A stretch of DNA of 64,000 bases from the human T2T-CHM13v2.0 reference genome, Homo sapiens: the NCBI RefSeq assembly GCF_009914755.1, contig NC_060925.1; one strand, 5' to 3'. Under the pieces are notes generated by a model, which was given only the letters and a program-made list of their open reading frames with translations, had not been told where the DNA came from and did no database searches. Positions 26,160 to 40,406 of the stretch are shown in pieces. Position 1 is the first letter of the stretch. Each line of letters starts with the position of its first letter. Position numbers and translations under genes: made by a program.

Positions 26160-27253
26160 GTGAGTGTGGGAACCCTCTGCTAGAGGCTTGACAGTGAGGC
26201 CAGCTGGAGCTTTCTTGCTGAGCACACGCCTCCATCCTCAGCCAAGTGGACCCGATCTTGTTGTATGAATGCCTTTCTTTTCTTGGCTTGTTGGATGTGG
26301 AAGCACACACCCCAAATGACTGCTTGAGTAATGGGGAAAGGCCAATGCTTAATGAAGCACTAACGTGTATCATCTAGTTGTTTAAATGGAGCGTGCCTGC
26401 TCTCCACCCAGTCCCTCCACCCTCGCCTCCTCTGCCACGACTAGGGTAGAGAGGCTGAGGGGTTATTTATTCTCCAGACACTTTGTTAAAACTCCTAGCT
26501 CCTCTGAGGCAGCACTGAGACTGGAGCAAGAAGGTAGGGAGCTGTGAGATGAGATACGCAGCTGCTCTGAGAGGAGAGAATCCTCAAATGCAGGAGGGAT
26601 GGACAGACTGCTGCTTTCTATAGCTTCCAGAAAGAGCATCAGTTTCCTTCTGCTTTGAAAGCTCCTAATGCTGTTTAAGTGGCAGCCCTCTCTCGTGTGG
26701 CTATGCTGAGGCCTTGGTGCTGAATGGACTGTCTTGTCTCATAGAATGATTTTAACCAGACCCTGGAAAGTAGCAAGGCAGAGAACTGGACCGGCACTCT
26801 GGACTTTCTCTCCTCAACTGTCAAACAGAAGGTGGAGGTTGAAAGAGAAGCTTCCCCAGGGTTTTTTGGCACCCTGCCCAGATTTCCTGCCCAACTCTCA
26901 GCATCCTATGATTAATGGGATTCCCAGGTTGGGGATGCCTCTGAATGCCGCCCCCCCCTCCCTGCCCCACTAATCTAATCTCCTCACTTAAAGATAGGAG
27001 GGAGTGGAAGGGAGAAGCTGCAGGGAATATGTGCTAACATCAGTTACAGGCAAGCCTGTACTTACACAGAGATCTGACATTTTAAAATAAATTCTTGAGC
27101 ACTCTTTAGACAAACTGCAAAGTTTAGGAAAGTGTGCAATACTCCTTGGCTCATTGGCCCCAGGAATTGGAGCCTCACTTCTTATTATACCAGAACCTCC
27201 TACCCACCTTTTTTGCCCTGTCCTTTTCCTGCCTTGGATGATTTCCCAGATGA

Positions 27254-27939
<686 letters not shown>

Positions 27940-29071
27940 TGAAGAAAGCTGGTTAGATAATTTCTATTCTTCTTCCTCACCACCGAAAGGACTCAGACTA
28001 AACAAGTTTGGGCATTGAGGGCCAAACTTTGCTTATAGAAAATCTTTACTCTTGGGTTATCACATCACTCCATGGAGAATCAAGACAGTCTAAGCATAGT
28101 CCATAAGTAAGACAGAGAGCAGGGCCTTGGGGCCATACAAATGCATTCATATGCGCTCACATTTGTGTGTGTGAGTGAATGGGTTTACTCACACATTTAT
28201 GCACCAAATGTGCTACTATGGAGGGATGAAGGCTGATCATTAGTGCTGCAAATTGTCTTAATCTAAAGATGACAAGTTCTAGCAATAAAGAAAAAAAAAA
28301 GCTATAAATCTTTCTGTGTGCAAGTCATCACGTCCCTGCCTTCTGAATGTTTTTGTCACCATGATGCAGGAGCCCCTTGTTCTTGCCGTAGAGGGATAAT
28401 TGATGTGTATGAATATTCCAGAATGGAAATGGAACAGATGTAGAAAATAATGGCTCAGAATAATATTTTTGCACATAAGAGCTGAGCCTTTGGTAACGAG
28501 AGACAGTTAGGGGTAGGGGATGGCGTTGCTCAAGATGAGCTGAACTGTAAGCAACAATTACCAACCTTTAAAGGCAAGAAAATGCCCTGCCCTCCCTCCG
28601 CCAGCCCTTGGAGTTGCCTTTGCAAGAGCTTGGATAGGGAGGAGTGTGGGAGCTGATTTTTACTTCCCCCAGCTCAGCACCTGCTAGGGTTTGCCCCTGG
28701 TTTAAATAATGCAGATCTAAAACAGATTGAGCTTCATTAACTGTGGTCCTAAAGAAAGCAATATATATTACATCATTTCCCATGTAGACATGCATATATA
28801 TTTTTTTAAAACATGAGAATACTTCTCATGAACTTGAAGATTTTCAGTTTCATTTTTTTAAAAGCTAGCAATGACCCATTAAACTCCTAAGGCCCACTGT
28901 TAGATTGAGAACCATGATTTGCTAGCAGTATCAACATTGTATCTCCCATCTCCCTTGCCACCTCAGTCAAACCTAACAGGAGAATTTACTATGAATCTAA
29001 AGCTAGAATATCCATATCTTCTCTGTTCTCTCCCGCAAACAACTCCTCTTGTTCTCTCAGCCTCCAACTCT

Positions 29072-29074
<3 letters not shown>

Positions 29075-29125
<51 letters not shown>
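29075..29125. repeat. Perfect (TG)~25 microsatellite
   Basis: Direct reading. Confidence 0.97.
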
Positions 29126-29128
<3 letters not shown>

Positions 29129-29377
29129 CTCAGGAGCAAGTAAACTTGGCCTTCCACCCCACCACACACACATCCAACATAAGAGAAGCTGAATTTCATC
29201 TCTGGGAGGGCTTCTAATAATTTATTCTATTAAGTATGATCTGTGCTGCTATTGTTCCACTACCTCCATCTCTATGTTCCCATTGGGAAGCAGAATTGGC
29301 CCTAAGGTTTAGGGGGACTGACCTGGACTGGGAATCAGCATCAGAAACAGTTTTTGCCCAGAAAGAGGGTCTTGGTG

Positions 29378-29438
29378 CTTTCTTTTCTTTCTCTCTGTCT
29401 CTGTCTCTCTCTGTCTCTCTCTCTCTCTCCTCTCTTTT
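29378..29438. repeat. (TC)n/(TCTG)n pyrimidine-rich tract upstream of microexon 11
   Basis: Direct reading. Confidence 0.85.
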
Positions 29439-29560
29439 GCCACACACTGTTATACTGTGGCTGTCTAGGGGAGATAGGCATGGTAGTTACTAGGAGTGGG
29501 TCTCCCTCCTTCACCTCTTCTCCTTTAACATAATGCTTTTTGCCTTTGTGTTTCCAACAG

Positions 29561-29588
29561 GTCAGCGGACAGATTGCAGTCTAGCCAG
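29561..29588 (+). CDS. SRGAP2: SRGAP2 coding microexon 11 (28 nt, SQRTDCSLA-R)
   Basis: ttccaacag|GTCAGC...GCCAG|gtgagt; phase 1-2 fits exon 10 and exon 12. Confidence 0.93.
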
Positions 29589-30197
29589 GTGAGTGTGGCC
29601 TGGGACAGGCCTGGGAAGTGATAGAGGCTTGGTGGGTAGAGCAATCTTACTCTGGGAGAGAGCCAAGGAGTTGAGTTGTAAAGGCATTGAATGACTTTAC
29701 AAAGCAATGGCCTGGGGCGGGGTTTGTTTACTTCCCTTTGCCTTACTGACCCCATCTGATCTCAGATAGAAATGGGGTTTTCTGGGACTTTGAGAAGGAG
29801 CTAAGCAGAACTGAGTAAAAGGGGTTATCATTTGCTGAAATTGTCCCAGAGACCCCCTAACGCCACTGAATTGCAAGTAACATAAACATTCAACTGTAGA
29901 GGATTCTGGTAACCTAACCTTAGCTGCTAGACTTCAACATAGGGGCTCTGGGGAGTCTCTGACCCAGAGAAAGAAGATCAGGAGATGGCATTTGATTTTT
30001 TTTTTTTTTTAATGCCCAGAAAAGAAGGCAGCCCCTAATTAGTAGTGACTGTTGCTGGATAATGAAATATTACATTGCATTGGCTCGCCAAAGAGTATTG
30101 GTAGAAATATTTGCCTGATGTACAAGTATGCACCCCTCCCAATCTTTCCCCACCTTCCCCTTCCTCCTCCACCCCAGCCAAATATTTTCCCTCTCAG

Positions 30198-30222
30198 TCA
30201 TGGTGCTGCTATGAGAAAATTT
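30198..30222 (+). CDS. Candidate alternative 25-nt microexon (S-HGAAMRKF); a 45-nt form ending at 30242 is also possible
   Basis: Long pyrimidine tract then ctctcag|TCATGG...AAATTT|gtgagc; same length and phase as exon 12, 12/25 identical; no transcript evidence available to me. Confidence 0.5.
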
Positions 30223-31437
30223 GTGAGCTGTCGGAGAGCAAGGTATTCATTCATCCAGCAGTTCTCAGATGCCTAGAAATGTGCTGATTTAACTAGAGAA
30301 GGGGCTTTAATGGGTTGGACTCCTTAGAGACCCTGGGTTAGCCCATTATATCAACCACTTATATCTGCCAAAACACATAATAATTATGAGGCCATTTACA
30401 ATTATAGGTTCATTATTTAGAGATAGCTTCATTTGGCTTTCATTGTTTTGTCATTGTGAATTACAATAAAGATCCCATTAATATACCAGTCTTGATGACT
30501 GGAGGGAACCAGGATAATGGGATTCTCTGGAACACATCTTTTTGGTGTTAGAGTCTTACTGTAAGTTCACCTGAGCTCCTGAGTCTGTGGAAGGCTCTGT
30601 AGGACTGAAAAGAGCTGAGTTGAATTTCCCGGTGCTGAGTTATTTTGCTGTGAGACCTTAGGCCGCTCTTTTCCCCTCTCTGAACTCTGGTTTCCTCTTA
30701 TAGAAGACCAGAGCACTCCACTAGATTCAAGGTGTCGTAGGATTCCAAAGGGGTTCCTCAGGAGTGGCCTGGTGGCAGGGGCAGAGCGATGACCAGCAAC
30801 CAGGCTCTGGTCCCATCCTTCACTCAGAGCAGGACAGCCCTGGCCTCCTTGGTTTGGGTGTTATGCCTCTGAGTCAGATTCCCTTTGAGAAGAGGCTTCT
30901 GAGGCTAAACACAGATTGGAAAACATTGACCTAGAGGATTCTCAAGGTTGTTTCCAAACTAGATGTTCTACACTCTAAACCCAGAAAAATTGTTCCCTGT
31001 AAAGATAGCGATCTTTAAGGATTTCCTAGAGAAACAAAACAAAAAGCATCCTTTGGTGTTTCCCAGTGTCTCCTAGCAGGCAAAAAAATCTTCTTATTGT
31101 CTAGCCCAAAAATATTTTACTAAAAATTGAACCAGTCCTCTCCTATTCTAATTTTGAGTAGTGGTAGACATTAAAAGCAGGGACGTCTGTGCTTTTGTGA
31201 AAAAAAAGAGCTTTCGTAGGCTTTATTGTGGAAGTAATTTATCAAGTTTCTTAGCCATTTCTGGGACTGAACTGAGTAATGTCACATGTTTCATTGGCTA
31301 CCACACAGATTTTTTTTAATTATTAAAAACTTTACTTCTGGGTTTAAGAGTGATTGTTTATCTCATTCGTCCCAATTTTCTCTTTTTCTCCCTTGTTGCT
31401 GGATTGGTCCAATCTGATTCGGCGGGATTGGTCACAG

Positions 31438-31462
31438 GCGCAGCTCAACTGTGAGGAAACAG
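31438..31462 (+). CDS. SRGAP2: SRGAP2 coding microexon 12 (25 nt, R-RSSTVRKQ)
   Basis: gtcacag|GCGCAG...AAACAG|gtaagg; phase 2-0 restores the frame into exon 13. Confidence 0.93.
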
Positions 31463-33965
31463 GTAAGGGCCCAAGCGGGGCCAGGCTGGTCTGGCCTGAA
31501 AATATAGTCCATCCCACAGGCATTTATTGAGCGCCACTGTGTGCAGGACAGACACCTCTGACTTCATGCCTGCATTTGGAATGTATCATTTAGTCATAGT
31601 ATGTTTAATATGGTGGCAATGTCATTGATTTAACTAGTTGGAGTGGCCATAGTCTTTTTGACTTGTCCCTCTCCTTTCTAGTCATTTATCCTCTTGCATA
31701 CTAGGGGTTTGGTTTCATTGGTGCAGATTGTTCCAGAACTGCCCATGGCATCCTTTTCCAAGACCACAAAAGAGGCTTGACACTTCCTACATTTGTGCTA
31801 ACATATCAGTAACTCACAGCACCTAATTAGCTAGACCAGACAATCTCGCTTTAAGTTGGCAGATTTTGTTTGATTGTTTCCGGTGGCGTAGTCATTCTAG
31901 ATGGACTCCTAAGACATGCTAACAATGAGAAGATTAAGTCTGGTCTAGGAACGATAGGCAAGGGCCGTTCAACTCTGCAATTTGGTGCATGATCTTCAGT
32001 GTTGTGTTAAAATCTGCCACTGGGCAGCCAGCTCTCATTACCCATATTAGGAGGGCTCTTAGAGAGCAGTGGCATGGATAATCCACATCAATGGATAATC
32101 TAAACAGCACTTGTGCTTGTTTAAAAAAAATTAATTGAAGTATTTTTTGCAGTAGCAAAATTGACTTCCTAATTATACTTTATGGCAAATACTGAAATGA
32201 TTTTATGTCCCCTAAGCTCATACCAGCTATGCAGTAGACAGCAGGGAGGGCGGGTGGAGAGAGCTCAGAAATGTCTTTGTGTCTGCTCAGGGGAAAGCTA
32301 ATCCAGGCTTTAAAAAATCATTTTGGGTAATTCTCAGTGGCTCTAGCCACAGGGAGATAATCGAATAAAGAGGGCGCATGGTTTTTATGGTGTCGGCAGC
32401 ACCGGCATTTCTTCAGCTCATCTGACTGCTCTGACAGGGTGGACCATTAAGCTGGGGAACTTGGATGATACAGGCCTCGCTTGTCTCAGCTTTGCTGTCA
32501 CTATTTTCCCCTTCTCTACTTTGAATCTCGTCTTAATGAGTATGCCATCAGATGCAATTACACATTTTTTAAATTATAAAAATTTAATTGCAAGTCTCCT
32601 CCCTCTTTTTCCTCTATTTCTTTCTTCCTCCTCTTTCTTCCATAATTTCATTTAAAACTAGAGAGGAATGGAGTGACTCCTAGAGATAATTTAGTGCATT
32701 TAAAATTAATAGGTGCATATCTTGCAGAGGGAGCAAGCCATTTTCCCTTTAACACTAAGAAAAGAAATGAGCTTGAAGTTTGTTCTTTTCAGTTCCTTGG
32801 CTGAAACCAGGCATCTTGCTTATAGCTGGAGCATGTTTGCAAGGGGTTTGCAGCTCCACTGTGGCTGCAGGAGTGCCAGAGACATCAGTTTGGCAGGTGA
32901 TATGTGCCCTTGGTTGGGCTCACTGTTGGAGGGGAACAGCACCCATCTGGTTTGCATCCTGCTGCACATAAGCAGTTGCAGGCAAAGTGTGTTTGCCTGG
33001 TGCTAGATTTGCGTAGGAGTTACAAGATATACCAAAATCCCCAATCCAATAAAGACCTTGTTTTCATTCTGCTGCCCCAGTTTCTCTCTAGCAGTTCATA
33101 TCTACTAGTGGATCAGCAAGAAGTTTTCCTAAGATGGTCAGGAAGATAAAATAGATAGTAAGTTACTTGGAAGGTGAGTAATCTTATATAAGTAACAAGG
33201 AAATAATTGTTTGTTTATGGCAAATCAGGCAAACAAGAGGAAGAAGCTAGTAGTTTTTGTTTTTGAGGGTCTTTAATGGGTTCCGGTCATTTTTGACCCT
33301 GTCAAAGACTAGGTTTAAACCATCCCAGACCTTTTTTAAAAAGGAGACAGTCTCACTGCTGCTTCCAGACCTTCCCTGCTCCCTGTAACCTCAGCATTAT
33401 TTCTCTCCTGGCCATGACTTCATATCTTCTTTGTTGGCCTTTCTCCATTCCTCTAAATTGAAGCATTTCTCCAGGGCTCTGTCCTCTCACGATGTCTCTC
33501 TATATTCTTTCCTTTGTCACTCTTGTTCCCTTAGATGAATCTTTCTCTTCTTCCCTAAGCATTCTTTTGTTCTATAATGCTGTCCTTTTGAGTCCAATGA
33601 GTAATTCCTCAGTGATCGACTAGACATTCATACTTGAAAGTTGTGATAGCACCTTCTACCTTCAGCATCAGTCTCACCGTCCCCCATCACATTTTGATTT
33701 GCGTAGCCCCTCCCTTCACTTCTCTGTTTGTGTTCGGGGGGACTCCATTCTTCACAGTCTCTGAGGCCCCAAATCTTACCTTTGATGCTTTTTTCATCAT
33801 TACTCACATATAATCTGTTGTCAAGATTTGTATTTTCTCCCTTGGTAAAAATGAAAATTAACAAATGTAGTACAAATAAGTACCTAACAAAAACTCTAAC
33901 CCTCTTACTCATGTGAAATTATGCCAGATAATGCATATTCACAGATTTTCTGGCCACCTTTCTGA

Positions 33966-34371
<406 letters not shown>

Positions 34372-34567
34372 TAAAGTTCCCTTAATCTGATTGGATGAGA
34401 ATTTGGCCTGATTCCTTAAAGGCCCCTTCTAACCCTAAGATTTCATTACCAAAAAATAAAAAAGTGTATGAAGGAATTAAGCTGACAAGGATTTCTAACA
34501 TTGGAGGAGGGAAGAAGACAGAGAGAAAGGAAGAGACGAATAGTACATAAAAATGTAGACACTGCTC

Positions 34568-34870
34568 AGTCAGTGCTCACGCCTTTAGTCCCAGCACTTT
34601 GGGAGGCCCAGATGGGCGGATCACCTGAGGTCAGGAGTTCGAGACCAGCCTGGCCAACATGGTAAAACCCCGTCTCTACCAAAAACAGAAAAATTAGCCA
34701 GCCATGGTAGTGGGCACCTGTAATCCCAGCTACTCATGAGTCTGAGGCAGGAGAATCACTTGAACCTGGGAAGCGGAGGTTCCAGTGAGCCGAGATCATG
34801 CCATTGTACTCCAGCCTGGGTGACAAGAGAGAGACTCTGTCCCAAAATAAATTAAGATAAAATAAAATAA
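34568..34870 (+). mobile_element. Alu (AluS-like), sense
   Basis: gctcacgcct...cccagcactttgggaggcc...; (AAAAT)n tail. Confidence 0.93.
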
Positions 34871-35614
34871 ACTCAGTTAACTCTATGCAAGGGCAGTGGT
34901 GAAGTGCAGGTCTTCGTGGCACCACAGGAGTGCACAGACACATCCCAGGGAAATTAATTTACTCATTGCTCAGAAACATTATAAGGAGAGAGGAGGATGG
35001 CAGGAGCGTTCAAAGCCTTTGTGACTTTGTCCATTTTGTGCTCCTACTGGACTCTTAGACTCCACTGGAGCAGTGGGGACTAGAAAAATGCCTGTGCAGT
35101 AGGACAGGTCATCTTTAGCCCACCCTTACCTGCCACAGGTTATCCATTGGGGGCTGCATGTGAGTGCTGCTGGTAACCACGGACATGCAGGTTAATATTT
35201 TTCTTGCCCTGTTTCCTGCCAACCCTTTGTACTTGCCTTTAACTACCACTGATATTCCATTTCCTGCAGGCCAAATTTTGTACTCACACAATTTGTTGAA
35301 GCCAGTAGCCTGTAAGCTTTCCAGCTTTCCTCTCTCTAGGTCATAATATATAAACCTAGGACCAACAAAACTATGCAAACGCTCATATCACTAACTTCAT
35401 TATCACTGCTGCTACTATTTTTTAATAATTTATATTAATACACAATAATTGTACACACTTATGGGGTACATGTAATATTTTGATACATGCATACAATTTG
35501 TAATAACCAAATCAGGTTAATTAGGGTATCTGTCATCTCACATATGTATCATTTTTTGGTGTGTATGTATTGGGAACATTCCAAATCTTCTATCTGTTTT
35601 GAAATATCCAATAA

Positions 35615-36291
<677 letters not shown>

Positions 36292-37929
36292 AACCTCACT
36301 TCTTGACCCCTCACTCCCCGCTACCCTTCCCAGTCTCCAGAAACCGTCATTCTACTCTCTGCCTTCATGCAATCAAATTTTTTAGCTTATAGATACAAGT
36401 GAGAATATGCAGTATTTATCTTTCTGTGCCTGGCTAATTTTACTTAACACAGTGTCCTCCAGTTCCATCTATATTGCTGCAAGTGACAGAATTTTATTCT
36501 TTTTTATGGCTGAATAATATTTCATTGTGTATATATACCACATTTTACCCATTCATCTATTGATGGACACTTAGGTTGCTTCCATATCTCAGCTATTGTG
36601 AATAATGCAGCAATAAACCTGAGAGTGCAGTTACACTGATACTTCAATATACTGATTTCTTTTCTTTTGGATCTATAGCCAGCAGTGGGCCTGCTGGATC
36701 ATATGGTAGATCTACTTTTAGTTTCTTGAGGAGCTTCCATACTGTTTTTTTGCGGTAGCTGTTCTAATTTATATTCCTGCCAGCAGTGTACAAGCATTCC
36801 CCTTTCTCTGCATCCTTGCCAGCATTTGTTATTTTTTGGCTTTTTGATAATTGCCATTTTAATTGTGGTGAGATTATTTAAAAATTTGCATTTCTTATGA
36901 TTAGTGACATTGAGCATTTTTTCACATACCTGTTGGCCATTTGTATGTCTTCTTTTGAGAATGCCTATTCAAATCATTTGCCCATTTTTTAATCAGATAG
37001 TTTGGTTTTTTGCTATTGAGTTGTTTGAGTTCCTTATATATTCTAGTTATTAATCCCTTATCAGGTGGATAGTTTGCAGATATCTTCTCCCATTCTTTAG
37101 GTTGTCTCTTCACTCTGTTGATCGTTTCCTTTGCTCTGCAAAAGCTTTGTAGCTTGAGATAATCCCATTTGTCTGTTTTTGCTTTTGTTGCCTATGCTTT
37201 TGAGGTCTTACTCAAAAAATCTTTGCCCAGACCAGTACCCTTGAAGCATTGCCCCAATGGTTTTTTTTTTAGTCATTTCATAGTTCAGGTCTTACATTGA
37301 AGTCTTTAATCCATTTTGATTTGTTTTTCTATATGGTGAGAGATAGGATCTAGTTTCATTCTTCTGCTGCTATTATTTGTAAATGAGAAATGTAATAACA
37401 GAAGTCTGTAAACATAAAAAGACTCCCCCCAGATTGAGCTTTTCTGGCATTTTCATAGTGGAACCCAGTTTCTTCCTTAGAATAGGGAAGAGAAGACAAA
37501 GATTCTTCCCCTGAGATCACCCTAGCCTAACCAGCCAGTCAGTGATGCCGACAAGAGGACAGACACTGGCTGCTGTAGCTGGAAAGCTGGAGGAAGCAGA
37601 TGGGTTTGGGGGTCATGAAGATGAGCATTTGGGTCGCTGCGACCGTCCTGACACCAGCTCCAACTTGGCACATACAGTACTCCCTTTGGCATCATCCCTG
37701 GTTCCCAGAAAGCTTGAGAGGTAGAGGCTAAGCCAGCTTTTCTCTCAGCCTGACTTTTTTGTGAGACCCAGCTGCTTGCCTAATAGTGGCCAAACCCTAT
37801 GGCTACAGTGGCAAATTCAGAGCCAGGGGGGGGATCCACGCAGACCTGTCAAACGGGCAGAAGCTACACAGACCCATCGCACTTGACAGTCTGGTCTCTG
37901 TCCTGAACATCTAAAGCCCTTTCTAGTTA

Positions 37930-38320
<391 letters not shown>

Positions 38321-38322
38321 TA

Positions 38323-38636
<314 letters not shown>

Positions 38637-38745
38637 TTGTATATATAAAATAAAACCCTACTAGTTTTGAGTAATACTTGGTATGCACACCTGGCAATGT
38701 TTGCTGAATGCCTAGGGTGCAGTATGGGTAGTGGCAAAGTGTTAG

Positions 38746-39135
<390 letters not shown>

Positions 39136-40345
39136 TCACTTTTTCATTTTAATGAGTATAATAATAATAATATGTACTCCATAGGATTGTTACCAGCACT
39201 AGTCCATCTAAAGGACTTAGTACATGGCCTCACACCTCTTTAAATTCCTCTATAAATGGTAGGCACTAATGTTCATGTGTTAATAGGAAATATTACTCTC
39301 CTTGCCTCCAGTCCCCTCCCCAGTCTGTAGAAGGCAAATTGAGGCCCAAAAAAGTTCAGTGACATGAGCCAGACTGTGAAGCAAAACAACAGAGCAAAGA
39401 TTGACATCTGGGAGGCCTGCTTCTTTGCTTAGTACCTGTTAGTCCCCACTATTTAGAGTTAGTTTTTCTTTTCTATCTTACCTTTATACCAAACAAACCC
39501 TCTTTCTGAAGCTCCCATTGGTTCATTCTGCTACCTTCAACTGAGAATAATTGAGCACCTCTTATGTGAGAGCATCATGGCCAACCCTGGACACCCAGGA
39601 ATTGACATAGGATCTGCTCTTGTGAAGTTTGAGCTGTAGTGGTGACAAGTGCCAACAAATATTCACATCCACACATTGGAGTCACAGTCAGGGTTGAGGA
39701 GAACATACCCCCAGCAGGAGCAGCTCATGCAAAGCCACGAGGCAAAGGAGGACTTTGCAGAACAGAAACGTGGCCAGCATAGCTGTAGCAGAAGCTAGGG
39801 GAAAGAACAGGCAGTGGAACTGGAGGCACAGGCAGTATTCCTGGCATGCAAGGCCGTGTAAGAGAGTAATGAGAGGTCTTTGAAAGAGTTTAAATAATGA
39901 AATGTGCCCTTTTAAGATTACCTAATTACTATGTGAAGGAAGAGAAATGCGGGTCAGAAGATGGCAAGGATGGGAATTGAGGTATTGGTGGATTGAACTA
40001 GGTTGGGGGCAGTTGAGATAGAGAGAAGCGAATGGATTTGAGAGATATTTAGAAGGCAGACATGACAGAATATTAATTAGGTGGTGGAGAAGGTGGTGAG
40101 AAACTGGTTTGGGGCAGAAGATGATCAGTTTTGTTTAGGACATGCTAACTTTAAGGCATCTGTGTAGCATTCCATGTGGGTGGTTGTATTTTTGTGCTCT
40201 GGAACTTGGAGGACAGGCCAGGTGCTTCTTTGTAGACCGGCTGGTGATCCGCTAAGACAGTTCTGCACGGTTTGGCCCGTTTTCTCTGACCCTGGGCTAT
40301 CCCTGTTTGAATATTCTAATGTTGTGTTTCCCTTTGGCTTTTCAG

Positions 40346-40406
40346 GACTCCAGCCAGGCAATTCCTCTGGTGGTGGAAAGCTGTATCCGGTTTATCAGCA
40401 GACACG
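40346..40406 (+). CDS. SRGAP2: SRGAP2 coding exon 13 (start of RhoGAP domain)
   Basis: ttttcag|GACTCC...CACG|gtaagc; 61 nt; DSSQAIPLVVESCIRFISRH. Confidence 0.96.

Noticed and set aside
28919-29199. Poly-CV and poly-HT ORFs
   Set aside because: Translations of the (TG)n microsatellite.
36699-37113. L1 ORF2-like minus-strand ORFs
   Set aside because: Fragmented by stops and frameshifts in a 5'-truncated L1; not a functional gene.
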